Below, in pieces: positions 12,720 through 24,599 of a stretch of 64,000 nt of DNA. The stretch is from Chiloscyllium plagiosum (Eukaryota), in the NCBI RefSeq assembly GCF_004010195.1, contig NC_057719.1:71092831-71156830 (forward strand), given 5' to 3'. Every line of letters begins with the position of its first letter. The first letter of the stretch is position 1. The translations under genes were made by a program, and so were the position numbers. The notes below the pieces were generated by a model. The model saw only the letters and a program-made list of their open reading frames with translations, made no database searches and had not been told where the DNA came from.

Positions 12720-13290
12720 CTGAGTCTTTTTTGGTTAATGAAGCGTTTTATGCTGATCTAATTTCCTTGCTATATCCCATACGTCTGACATTTTTCTCAG
12801 TCATTAATTTAGGTCATTTCCTCAATTTTGTGTTTGATTCATTTCAATTTCCACTCATGATAAGTTCTATTTTCTAATAATTATTGCATGAAGATAACAT
12901 ACTATAGTTCCCATTTAAGCTTGCCATACTAATCCTGAATTTGAGGCCTCTTATTAATGATTCAATTATCAGTAGTAATAGCCTTTCACTCATTACTCTA
13001 TCTCTCTATTTGACTCACCTCATTACCCAGATCCAGAACTAACAATGTCACTTTCCTTTTTCTGGGCTAGAAAAGCATTGATCAAAAAAAAAATCTGAAC
13101 ACATTTCAGAATTTCTTTTCAACCTCTGCCATTTACACTGTTATTATCGTAACTATGTTTGGATAATTAAAGTCCCCAGTATCATTAAAGTTTTTGCATC
13201 TCTCTCTCATTTCACTGCAAATTTAGTCCTCAATCTTCTCCCCACTGTTTTTAGCCTACAGAAATATCCAACATTTTGAAGGTGCCTCAT
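12720..13290 (-). mobile_element. Highly degenerate CR1 fragment
   Basis: Remnants such as tatgtttggataattaaagtccccc match the CR1 endonuclease GDFN region at ~36040. Confidence 0.45.
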
Positions 13291-13544
13291 AATTTCACTA
13301 CAAATTTGCTCCTCTACATCCAGATCCAGATCCAGAACTAACATGAGGAGAATGTATGTCCAACGAGAGCATGACAACTTACACTGGCACAGGCTCAGGA
13401 GGTTACCTGGAAACATTAAACATTAATATAAAGGGGTTGAGTGGAGGAAGGCAGAAAAGTTATCAGAACTCAGCAACACAAAAGAAAACATAAAAATGGG
13501 GTACATCACCATTTGTCTGAGGCCAATAACATATGAAATATTGT

Positions 13545-14445
13545 CATAGAGTTATAAAGATATACAGCATGGAAACAGGCCCTTCAGTCCAATTTGTCCA
13601 TGTTGACAAGATATCCTAAGTAAATCTAGTCCCATTTACCAGCATTTGGTCCATATCTGTCTAAACCCTTCCTATTCATATGCCCATCCAGATGCCTTTT
13701 AAATGTTGTAATTGTACCAGCTTCCATCACTTCCTCTGGGAGCTCATTCCAAACACGCACCACTCTCTATGTATAAAAGTTGCCCCTTAGGTCCCTTTCA
13801 CATCTTTCCCCTCTCACCCTAAACCTCTGCCCTCTAGTTCTGGTTTTCCCCACTTTAGGGAAAAGACCTTCTATTTACCCTATCCATGACCCTCAAGATT
13901 TTATAAACATCTATAAGGCCACTCCACAGCCTCCGATGCTCCAACTCTCCAACCCCGGCAACATCCTTGTAAATCTTTTCTGAACCTTTTCAGTTTTCAT
14001 GACATCCTTCATATAGCAGGGAAACCAGAATTGCATGCAGTATTCAAAACGTAGCCTAACCAATGTCCTGTACAGTGGCAACATGACGTCCCAACTCTTA
14101 TACTCAATACGCTGACCAGTAAAGGAAAGTATATCAAATGCCTTCTTCACTATCCTATCTATTTGTGATTCCACTTTCAATGATTTATGAAACTTAGTCC
14201 AAGGTCTCTTTTGTTCAGCAACATTCCCCAGGACCTTACCATTAAGTGTATAACACCTGCCCTGATTTGCCTTTCCAAAATGCAGCACCTCACATTTAAC
14301 TAAGTGAAACTCCATTTGCCACTCCTCAGCCAATTGGCCCATCTGATCAAGATCCCATTGTACTTCTTCGCTGTCCACTACATCTCCAATTTTACTGTCA
14401 TCTGCAAATGTAGTAGCCATACCAGAAATGTTCACATCCAAGTCA
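13545..14445 (-). mobile_element. CR1/HER1 LINE, 5'-truncated
   Basis: ORF 13911-14441 FADDSKIG...WQMEF..KCEVLHFGK...YRTLVR..LEYC; 3' tail at ~13545. Confidence 0.95.
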
Positions 14446-14464
14446 TTGTTGTACTAAGCTCAAT

Positions 14465-15920
14465 TATAAAACCACAAGATGCAGGAGTATATATAGGCCA
14501 TTCAGTCCATTACGTTTGCTCGACCATGCAAGAAGATCTGGCTGATCCAATAATCCTCAACTCCACTGCCTTGTCTCCATAACTCTTGTCATTGGCCAGA
14601 CCAAACCCCCTCAAGATATATTAAGAAGATAGTCTGGACCCTAACTTTCGCTTATTTTAAAGGTAAGTATAATGCATTGCATTCCAGATGCAATTTAATT
14701 TGTCAAACTACTCAACTTTAAGCAAAACACGCTTTATTTTCACATTACAGGTAAAATATAGGCAAATTAAAAATAACATAAAAGAATTGGCTTAACTGTA
14801 ACTGTATTGAAATGCTTAACAAAATAGGAACTACTAATTAATTGTTTCAACACACTAACATCCCATAAACACACCCTTGGCAAAGGCAAATTCAGTCAAA
14901 TAGATTATCTCAATAATACAAACAGCAGGAAGAGGACTCCAGCTTTTGGCTGTAACAGAGAAATTAGAGCTTCCAATCCAGCTTCAAAAAGGTAAAATTT
15001 GTTAGTTTTACCTTGAAGAAAGGTAAAACTAACAAATCCTGGTTCTGTGGCAGCTTGACCCCACCCATTCAGATTGCTTCTATTGTTCCAACTTTAAAAA
15101 ACAAGCCCCAAGGCCTCACGAGTTGTTTACTTTATTCGCTTTGAGAAGATCCTTCAGCATCTCAGTCTCAACCTTTCTTCATTTAAAAATAAATAGAATA
15201 AAACATATGTCATAAAGGCATAGATTCCCTTACTGATTAAATATCTGCCTGCCTCAGCCTTGAATATATTTTACCAATGCAGCCTTGACAGCCCTCTACA
15301 TTAAAGAATCTGAAGTTTCACTCTCTTCTGAGAGAAGAAATTACTCCTCATCTCATCTTAAATGGATTTCCCTTTCTCTGAGATTGAAGGTCCTGGACTC
15401 CATCACAAAGTGAAACAGCCTTTATGAACCGAACTGTAAACCGAACTATTCTCAGAATCTTTTACGCTTTGATGAGGTTGTTCACCATCCTTCTGAACAC
15501 CAATGAGTACAGACTCAACCTATTCAACCTTTTCTCAAAAGACAGGCCTTCCTAGTATCAGCATGGTAAACCTTCTCTGGATTGCCTTAAATGCCACTAT
15601 ATTTTACCTTAGATAAGGGTACAAAACTGTTCACAGTGTCGCAGCTGGGATCTGCCTAATGTTTTATATAAGTTGTAACACGACCAGCCTCCTTTTATAC
15701 TCTACTCCCTTTGAAATAAAGGTGAATATTCCATTGCCTTCCTTATTACTTCCTGAATTTGGATGCTATCTTGCAATGGACTCCCAAATACATCTGTTCT
15801 ATAGCTTTCTCCAGTCTTTCTCTACTTAAATAATAATCAGCTTCTCTGTTCCTCCTGCCAAAGTGCATATCCTCACATTTCCCACATTATATCCCATCAG
15901 TCGTATTTTTGCTAACTTGC
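14465..15920 (-). mobile_element. Older CR1 subfamily 3' part, split by a solo LTR
   Basis: CR1 3' sequence (aggccattcagtcc...ctccataactct) resumes at ~15224 (attcccttactgattaa) and runs to a KCEDMHFG-encoding region near 15870. Confidence 0.7.
14587..15223 (-). mobile_element. Solo LTR (same family as 33875-34543 and ~44510-44981)
   Basis: Begins TGTCATTGGCCAGACC; shares ggaccctaac and tcccataaacac motifs with 33875; AATAAA on the minus strand; right end eroded. Confidence 0.65.
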
Positions 15921-15939
15921 TTAACCGAGAATTGTCAAC

Positions 15940-16810
15940 TGTACTACCCAATTGTCCTTGGAGGTATTAACTTCCTTTCCCTCCCATATATCTAATTGCA
16001 ATTGGAGTGAGCTCCAGGGCCCTTGACCTATCTTATCTTTCCACTTATGCTGAGCTCCAGAGACTAGAGTGTTGAAATGAAAGAGCATGTGTATAATTGG
16101 TAGACACCTGAATGTGCTGGCACTAGGTCTCCGTGATGAAAGGCACCCTGTCCAAGGAGTCAGCCAGACATCTGCATACCTGAGCCAGCACAGACCTGTC
16201 CAATCTTCTATCTGACCGATTGCCTGTAACACAAACCTGCCTGCTCTTCCTGAGCCTCTCTGCACATGTTATCAAAGGCATTCATTGCCAAGACCATGGG
16301 ACCATCATCTGCTCCTGTCTGAGCAGGTGCCTGGTCTCCACAATCCTTGGAGTCAGAGACCTGAGATATCCCTTCCTCAACCGGCTGTGGAGAAGTTTGG
16401 TTGTTGCTTACCAGTTTGTCTTCCTGGGTTTAATGTAGAAACAGTACCGACTGAGGAAAGAGTCTCTGGGCTGGTGGCCAGTGCAGGTGAAGGCCTTGTT
16501 GGTACATCCTCTGAAAGATAAGTGGCTTCCTTCACAGAGGTGGAGGTGGAACTGAGGATGGTTTGTGTTATAATTTTCTTGTATTTTCTTTATTTTTGAA
16601 TGGTAGCTGTTGCTGATGATTCTGCCTGTTCACATTTATACCTCCTCCACTCAAATCTTGTAGACCTTTTACTTGTCCCACTCCTTTTACCTTGTGTAAT
16701 CTTTCATTTGGTCTTGGAATCTCATAGCTCTTGTTTGTTTGTTTTCTTTACTCAACACTGTTGTTAGATAAATCTTCATCATGGCTCATGGCGCTGCGTG
16801 AGTTATCAGA
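15940..16810 (-). mobile_element. Possible Harbinger accessory (Myb/SANT-type ORF) fossil
   Basis: Decayed Ser/Thr/Pro-rich coding-like sequence; shares a gccaccagc..gatact-like motif with 24466(+). The family assignment is an inference. Confidence 0.3.
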
Positions 16811-16827
16811 TAGCTATGCTGCCACCA

Positions 16828-17153
16828 GAGAGGTATTGGCATAACAGTAATGTCATTGGATTGGTAAATCAGAACCCCAGGTTAACCTTCTGGTGACATA
16901 AATTCAAATCCCACATTATTAAGTGGTGAAATTTAATTTAATAAAAATATAGAACTAAAAATTAACCTAAAGGTCACCATGAAACCACTGCCAATTGTTG
17001 TAAAAACACATTCCCCCTCATGTCCTTTCGGGAAGGTAACCTGCCAGCCTTATCTGTGAGACTCCAGACTCCCAGCAATGTGTTTGAATCTTAATTTCTT
17101 CATGGCCCTCTGGGCAAATAGGGACGAGCAACTCCCACATCCCAGAAAAAAAA
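16828..17153 (+). mobile_element. Second tRNA-headed SINE family (degenerate)
   Basis: Head with B-box remnant (ttcaaatccc), central atgtcctttcgggaagg...gactccagac...agcaatgtg, and tail gggcaaataggga...cccacatccc+A-run shared with the ancient LINE 3' end at ~505-575. Confidence 0.7.
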
Positions 17154-17463
17154 TTTCCCTTTCCTCATGGATCTACATTACCTTTTGGTAGAGTAGAGTA
17201 GACGAAAGCAACTTGGCAATTATAAAGGAAGCGGCACTTGTTTAAACAAGACACAGTTCATTGCATCATCGCAAAATGTACAAGTTACACTAATATGATA
17301 GACATTGTGACAGAGATTATAAGGAAGGCCAGAAAACTCAGTCCTTTACTATCTTAAGCCATTCTGCCCCCAAGTCCATATAACGGGATCACACTGGATG
17401 ATGTTTGAGGCATTGATCATTCCAAAACATGATCTCCTCATTTCCCTGACTGTACTTTCCTTA

Positions 17464-18623
17464 CAGGAGAAAGTGAAGTCAGAGTCAAAATGTATGGCGC
17501 TGGAAAAGCACAGCAGATTAGGCAGCATCCGAAGAGCAAGGGAGTCAACACTTTGGGCATGAGCCCTTCATCAGGATTGTGAAAGGGGAAGGGGGCTGAG
17601 ACAAAAATTGGGGTGGGGGTGGGGGTTGGCATTGGGGTGAAGATAGGTGGGAAGGTGATTGGTGATTGGTGGGAGCGGTAACAGTGATAGGTTAATGGGG
17701 AAGGTGGCGTAGATAGTGGAAAGGAAGATGGACAGGTAGGACAGTTCAAGAGAGCGGTGCCGAGTTGGAAAGTTGGATAGGGAATGGAGGGGAGGGGAGA
17801 TTTAGAAACTAGTGTTGGTGCTGTGTGGTTAAAGGGCCCCAAGGCGGAAGATGAGGCATTCTTCCTCCAGTTGACAGGTGGCTTGGATTTAGCGATGGAG
17901 GAGGCCCAGGGGGAGGGAGAGTTGAAGTGGGAGGGTTGGTAGGGGGGATGGACTTAACACCCTACTAAAACAATCTCCACACCTGGCACCTTCCCTTACC
18001 ACCACGAGGTGTAAAACCTCCACCCACCTCCCCCCTCATCTCCATCCAAGGCCCTAAAGGATTTTTCCACATCTGGCAGAGATTTTCCTGTACACCTACT
18101 CACCTCATCTACTGTGTCCATTGTTCTCGATGTGGTCTCCTCTACATTGGAGAAACAGGAGGCCAACTCGTGGAGCATTTCAGGGAACATCCCTGGGACA
18201 CACGCACCAAACAACCCCACTGCCCTGAGGCCAAGCACTTCAACTCCCCCTCCCACTCCCCCAAGGACATGCAAGTCCTGGGCCTCCTCCACTGTCAAAT
18301 CTAAGCCACCTGACAAATGGAGTAAGAATGTCTCATCTTCCGCATTGGAACCCTCCAACGACACGGCATGAATGTCAATTTCATAGATTCCAAATCTCCC
18401 TTCCTCCACATACCTCATCCCAGATCCAACCTTCCAAATTTGCACCGCCCTCTTGACCTGGCCCATCTGTTCATCTTCCTTCCCACCTATGTGCTCCACC
18501 CTCCCCACTGACCTCTTAATTTTAACCCCCACCTGCATCCACCTATCGCCTTCCAGCCCCCTTCCCCCTCCACATCCCTGATGAAGGGTTTATGACCAAA
18601 ACATCAACTCTCCTGCTCCTCGG
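17464..18623. mobile_element. Penelope-like element: GIY-YIG 3' region (+) preceded by an inverted copy (-); hammerhead remnants at both ends
   Basis: Plus frame at ~18084 encodes FSCTPTHLIYCVHCSRCGLLYIGETGGQLVEHFREH; 17464-17940 is the reverse complement of the 3' region; CTGATGA cores at ~17574(-) and 18578(+). Confidence 0.85.
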
Positions 18624-18639
18624 AAGTACTTACTTACAA

Positions 18640-18755
18640 CCTGTTTTCTCTCTAAAATCTTTCAGTCCTGATGAAAAACCATGGATTTGAAATGTTGACC
18701 TGGTTTCCCTGTCCAAAGATGCTGCTGAGCATTTCCAGCACTTTTTCTATTTTGA
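18640..18755 (+). mobile_element. Short degenerate Penelope-like terminal unit
   Basis: cctgatgaaaaacc...tgaaatgttgacc...gatgctgctgagcatttccagcac. Confidence 0.55.
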
Positions 18756-19249
18756 GTACCGTTATTGTTGCATGGATCTGAATTGCTTAGATGAAATGAC
18801 AGGATTTAAATAAAACAGCTATTAAGTAACACTAGATAAAGATGCATAATTATTTTTAGACCATGCAAAAAAAATGTTTCTCAAGCTTTGGCCCAGTAAT
18901 CAAAACTTTCAAACTATCTAACATCGAAAGTAATTCATTCTTGCCTTTCTAATTTTGTTTGGACTTTGTTTCCGATTCCTAATAAAGTGTGGTATAAAAC
19001 CGTTGTTGGTTTTCAAGTAAGCAAAGAAGCTTTAGTGTTCTCCTTCCTAATATATCAACTCATTACAGACAGAATTGTCAGATCAAACTTGGAATTCTCC
19101 TGTAACTAGGATGAAGGAACTATAATTGGAAACCAAATGGGATAATGGAGCAAAGAAACCTATGGGTACCAACACATACACATCGTCGAAAGCAGCAACA
19201 CAGATGCAAAGATTTGAAACGTGTCTCTGGATTTCTTTTCTCGAGAAAT

Positions 19250-19810
19250 GGAAACCAAACTTTTGGAGATCTTTGATTTCACCACATTTAGAATATCGTG
19301 CACTGATCTGGTCGGAAAGGGTATTAAGAAGACAGGAGAAATTGCGTAAAATATTTACAAGGATGATATCAGTGTGTAAGGATACAATTATCCAAAAAAA
19401 GCTGAACAGGCTGAAACGCTTCCTTTCAAAAAGAAAATATTCCAAGGATACTCGAGGGCTTTAAAATTAAGATGGAGATTCATTTGGGCAGATGTAGAAA
19501 GCTGTTTACACTTGTGCGGGAGTTCAAAATCAAGGACCATTAATGTAAGAGAACCATTATTAAGCTCAGGAAGGAATTCAGGAGGAAGACCTTCCCTCAG
19601 AGCAGAGAGAATGTGATAGTCACTCCACATAAAGTAGTTGACATGAAGAGCAGACCTGTAATAAGAAGAAAGCTGGATATGTACACAAACAAGAAAGGAA
19701 TAGAGAGAAGGGATGAGATGAAATAAATAGAGTGGGAGCAAGCATAAACACTGGTATTGTGCCAAATGATCTGTCTCTGTACTGGAAGTTCTGTTTCATT
19801 GTATGTAATA
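19250..19810 (+). mobile_element. Old CR1 LINE 3' fragment
   Basis: RSLISPHLEYRALIWS...FTRMI...KLNRL corresponds to CR1 ORF2 RPHLEYCVQFWS...FTRM...RLNRL. Confidence 0.75.
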
Positions 19811-20139
19811 TAGGCAATGAAAGTTATTTGTACTTTATCATTTCTGACAAGGCTGTAACTACTTGGCTTGTGATTCTAAATCTTGCTGAAATCTAGCCAG
19901 TTGGCTATGATATCCCTGTCTGTTTCTTCAGAATTTCTTGGGACACTGGCACTTTCCCGCAGCTAGGCAGTTAACTTTGGGTCCAAATGGAGAGAAACGA
20001 TTTTTTTCACTGAGCCCGAGAACATCAAACTACTGAGATATGTTATACTTAAAGTAGCTCTAAGAACTCCTACTAGGTGCATGGCCCTTCTCAAAAAGAC
20101 ATTCATGGGGTCTGGTCATTGCTATCTTTCAACAATGTT

Positions 20140-20640
20140 TCCTAACTCCCCAAGAGAAGTACAGCCACTATCCTGTAAGGAAGTATATTCCAGGATTTTG
20201 ACTCCACAGCAGTTAAGGAACAGTGATATGTTTCCAAGTCAAGATGAATGACATGGAGGGGAACTTGCAGGTTCCCATGTATCTGCTGCCCTTGCCCTTC
20301 AAGATGGTAGAGGTCACTGGTTTGGATGGTGTTGTTGGAGGAGTGTTGGTGAGTTACCACAGTGCATTTTGTAAATGGTTCACACTACTGCAACTGTGCA
20401 TCAGTGATGGAGGGAATGAATGTTTATGGTGGCCAGTTCAGTTGCCAGTCAAGTGGTCCAGGATGCTTTGTCCAGGATGTGGTAAGCTTCTTGAGTGCTC
20501 TTCGAACTGCACTCATCCAGGCAGCTGTGGAGTACTCCATCACGCTCCTGACTTGTGTCTTGAAGATGGTGGAGAAGATTTCAAGAGGAAGGCGATGATT
20601 CACACATTGCAGAAAATCCAGCCTCTGATGTTCCTAGATT
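20140..20640 (-). mobile_element. Ancient LINE 3' fragment (family of 205-575)
   Basis: ttccaggattttgac...ttccaagtcaagatg...ggaggggaacttgcagg is the reverse complement of motifs at 1740-1830. Confidence 0.7.
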
Positions 20641-21315
20641 AGGTTGTACTTTACAATGCTGACTACTGATTAACGGCAGCTGCAGGCTTGTCTTAATTAT
20701 GTAACCCATTGCCACACTCATTGAGTGGGAAAATTGCACTAATGGCATTATGAATTCTGTTATGCCCCCTTTTGAATGTGTAATTTGACCCTGCAGTGAC
20801 TAGATGATGTTTAATATCTCTAACCATGAAAATACAGAAACATCAGTGGACAACAGTTTGTGAAATATCAAAATTTTGGTACAAAATTTAAACGGGCTAT
20901 TGACAACACTTACCTTGCAGAATGCCTTCAAATGTTTTCTTTCAAATAGGAGCATCATGTTTAAAGTTAACTTGTTATTATTTCCTGTTCATCTATTGAA
21001 AATGCATTTCTTTGAGTTGAGCAAGTGGAAATACAAAAATTTTGAACCATGATAATGCTTAAAATCTTTATTTTTTCATTTCTGATCAATATATGCCAAT
21101 TAAAACATCAAAAATGGATATAGCGAACTAATTAATTTGTAAACAGGAATACTAAACCCTTAAATCATTCTGAAACTTGTTAATTTGTAACACTTACATT
21201 ATTAGCAAATTGTATTTGCAAGGAGTTCATAGGTTTTCTTTTATTTTAAGATCATGGATCATGTGCTGCTGTTTAGATGTTTCTGTATAGCAAGCTGAGG
21301 CAGGAGAATAGAAAT

Positions 21316-21640
21316 GGGTGGAGCTGAATGATGTATGTTTATTAGCACTAAGAGGACATCTGTGAGTTCAGATTGGATAAAAGGTCATAGAACACATTGC
21401 ATGTTGCTAGGTAACACTGCCTCTTAGCCAATTTAGTTGTGAATCTGGAAGGGTTATAATTTTTGTACAAAGAGATGGGTTGTCCGACTAGTTATATGAA
21501 TCGTTGTCTGTCTAGCTGTGGCTGGTTGAAATTCACGAGCCTTAATGAATCTTATTGTTGATAGCAAGAAGTTGATTCCCAGTGCTGTTTTCATGATTGT
21601 ACCCTAAATTAATCCACTAATCTCAGGCTGGCAGGTAAGA
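21316..21640 (+). promoter_or_regulatory. Candidate NF-Y/RFX promoter module with a downstream 5' splice donor
   Basis: GGGTGGAG at 21316, GATTGG at 21371, X-box-like GTTGCTAGGTAAC at 21403-21415, AGCCAAT at 21426, and CAG|GTAAGA at 21634/21635, all in non-repetitive-looking DNA. Confidence 0.35.
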
Positions 21641-23049
21641 AAAGAAGAGATTGTGTAACTATCTTATTCCAGGGGGATGAGAAAAACCTCATGAATTGCT
21701 GAAATATTTATTTTGTTACCACACAACTTTTTTCATAATTACAGCAATTATGTATAGACTTAGAATAAAATATTATTCATAAATTTCAAAAGTATGCAGT
21801 TATAATTGAAAGCATAAAATGCTCTTCCATACGTATTGAAATATTCTGATACTGTACTCAGTAATTAGATTTTAATTATGTAGATTTGAGGATTTATCTG
21901 CTCTGCAGAAAGACGAAGACTTAATTTTAGAATGATCCTGATATTGTTAAGTGACTGCAACTGTTTGAAAATTCAATGTCCTTGTAGACTTGTTGTTTAT
22001 GTAATGACAACAAAAATGTGAAGAGAAAACTAGCCAAACAAGTTGTTCTTGTCTAGAAGGATAACTACAACTGTGATCCTGTGGGGATTACATTTGATAG
22101 TCCTGAATATCGATGCAGGAATTCTGATCCACTATTAACCAGTGCTGCTTGATTGCAATGCCAGAAACATCCTAACTTCATGCTTTTTGCTCATTTGAAT
22201 GATCTTTGCTCGAGCCACTACTAAGCTAATTGCCTGGGTACATCAGTAAGGGACCAAAAGAAAACACGTACAGTTAGCACTATTTAAAGCTATCTTACAC
22301 TGTTTTATAAGTCCACCAGCATCACTTAAGGTGAAATTGCATTGTGGCTGAGTAAATGCTGAGAGTTATTTGAATGAATCTGACCTGAGAAAGTGTTAGA
22401 TATAGCACAGCAGTGTAGAGAGATATGTCAAACACTCAGCTGTCCTTTACCCACTGAGGAAAAGGAGCTGCTCCAGCCACATGGACAAAAGGCGATGAAA
22501 ACAAATAATGCTGGACATCAAGAATCTGGTCCCAGTGTCACAAAAAGTTCGTGAGTGGCTAGAGTTGGTGAATACATCTTCAAATGCCACATGATATGCC
22601 ATATCCCACCATCTTGTTGTCAGCTTCCATGCCCCACGAGCCTCAGACACTGCACATTTCCATTGCTCAACTACCAACAACCTGTCACCCAATATTCATA
22701 CCTCGCCTTCATATCTTCATCAACACACTCTAAACACTCCTGCAAGTCTCACTCCCATCTCTCATAATTTGCATATTGTAACAGACATTCAACAATTGAC
22801 TGAAACATCAGTCAAAGAGATTGCATAGCATTCACTGACACACTTGCCTCATTTTTGCCAGATAAAGTGAGGAGGAGTTAACTGGAGGTGTCTATGTGGG
22901 CCATTATGCTCTAATGCCCAATGATGCTGGCCATCATTAGGGTGCTCAATACTGAGGCCAAGGTTAATTGCTGCACTGAATCATCAAAGATCAGGGTGTC
23001 CTTATTCATAATCATTTTTTCATACCCCATTTTCATCTCCTTCACGTTT

Positions 23050-23893
23050 TTAGAGTTATGGAGTCATAGAGATGTCCAGCATGGAAACAGACCCTTCAGT
23101 CCAACTCGTCCATGCCGACCAGATATCATTACTTTATCTACTCCCATTTGCCAGCACTTGGCCTCTAAACCCTTCCTATTCATGTACCCATCTAGATACT
23201 TTTAAATGTTATAATTGCACCAGCCTCCATCACTCCTCTGGCAGCTCATGTCATACATGTACCACTCTCTATGTGAAAATGTTGCCCCTTAGATCCCTTT
23301 TAAATCCTTACCCTCTCACTCTAAACCTACACCACCTAGCTCTAGACTCCCCCAGCCGAGGGAAAAAAAAATTGTCTATTTACTCTATACATGCCCCTCA
23401 AGATTTTATAAACATCTATAGGATCGTCTCTCAGCCTCTGAAGCTCCACAAAAAACAGCCCCAGCTTGTTCTGTTTCTCCCTACAGCTCAAATCCTCCAG
23501 TCCTAGCAACATCCTTGCCAATCTTTTCTGAACACTTTGCAAGCTTCACAACAACCTTCCAATAGGAGGTAGACCAGATTTGCACACAGTATTCCAAAAG
23601 TGGCCTAACCAATGTCCTATACAACTGCAACATGCCCTCCCAATTCCTGTACTCAATGCTCTGATGAATAAAGGAAAGCATACCAAACACCTTCTTCAAT
23701 ATCCTATCTATCTGCAACTCCACTTTCAAGGAACTATGAACCTGTACCCCATGGTCTCTTTGTTCAGCAACACTCCCAGGCCCTTACCATTATGTGTATA
23801 AGTCCTTCCCTGATTTGCCTTTCTAAAATGCAGCATCTCGCATTTATCTATTTTAAACTCCATCTGCCACTCCTTGGCCCATTGGCCCATCTG
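23050..23893 (-). mobile_element. CR1/HER1 LINE, 5'-truncated
   Basis: ORFs WAKEWQMEFKIDKCEMLHF and LYRTLVRPLLEYCVQIWS; (catagagt) tail. Confidence 0.95.
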
Positions 23894-24086
23894 ATTTTGA
23901 AGCTGCCTCAGTCCACAGAACAAAACCATTTCCTTGTTGCTTCTTTTCCTTTTGGAAACTCAAGCAGCACGTCTGACCTTGCCTGACAGTGGACGAGCAC
24001 CAGAAAGACTAATGAGTTTGGAGAAGATCTGTAGCTCAGGTTGAGGTTCTGGATGTAAGTTTGCTCGCTGAGCTGGAAGGTTTGTT

Positions 24087-24128
24087 TTCAGATGTTTCGT
24101 CACCATACGAGGTAACATCATCAGTGAA
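24087..24128 (-). ncRNA. Minimal type-I hammerhead ribozyme motif (family B)
   Basis: UUCA-CUGAUGA-U-GUUACC-UCGUAU-GGUGAC-GAAAC-AUC/UGAA: stem I uuca/ugaa, stem II guuacc/ggugac. Confidence 0.75.
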
Positions 24129-24341
24129 CCTCCAGTGAAGCACTGGTGTTAGTGACCCACTTTCTATTTGTGTGTTTAGGTTTCCTTGGGTTGGGATGTC
24201 ATTTCCTGTTGTGATGTTATTTGTGAAGAGTATGACATCACCACAGCAAATTACATCACCACAGCAAATTACATCACCAACCAAAGGGAACCTAACTACT
24301 CAAATAGAAAGTAGGACATAACACCAGTGCTTCACCGGAGG

Positions 24342-24383
24342 CTCACTAATGATGTTACCTCGTATGGTGAAGAAACATCTGAA
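24342..24383 (+). ncRNA. Degenerate hammerhead motif (family B, opposite arm)
   Basis: ctca-CTAATGA-tgttacctcgtatggtgaa-GAAAC-atc-tgaa, with a core G>A mutation. Confidence 0.55.
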
Positions 24384-24599
24384 AATGAACCTTCCAGCTC
24401 AGCAAGCAAACTGACATCCAGAATGTGATGATGAATAGACACTGCCACTTGAGTTTACCTTCAGTGCCACCAGCTAAAATACTGGAGCTACAAACCACTT
24501 AAAACATTGTCAGGGCCAGGATCTGTACTTGGTGAGATATTGTGCACAAGTGTCCTGTAGCCAAGCCAGGGAACAGGACTGCACTAGAAGGAACAAATT

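Larger units (their letters stand above)
24014..24423. mobile_element. Inverted-repeat Penelope-like terminal element (family B) with two hammerhead motifs
   Basis: 24048-24190 is the reverse complement of 24280-24423; centre has the tandem acatcaccacagcaaatt. Confidence 0.8.

Noticed and set aside
13027..13343. 18-bp direct repeat ccagatccagaactaaca about 300 bp apart
   Set aside because: The enclosed sequence is continuous with the decayed CR1, so it is not a convincing TSD; probably a small local duplication
24235..24280. Short direct repeats that might suggest a CRISPR-like array
   Set aside because: Only ~2.5 head-to-tail 18-bp units with no spacers, inside a eukaryotic repeat
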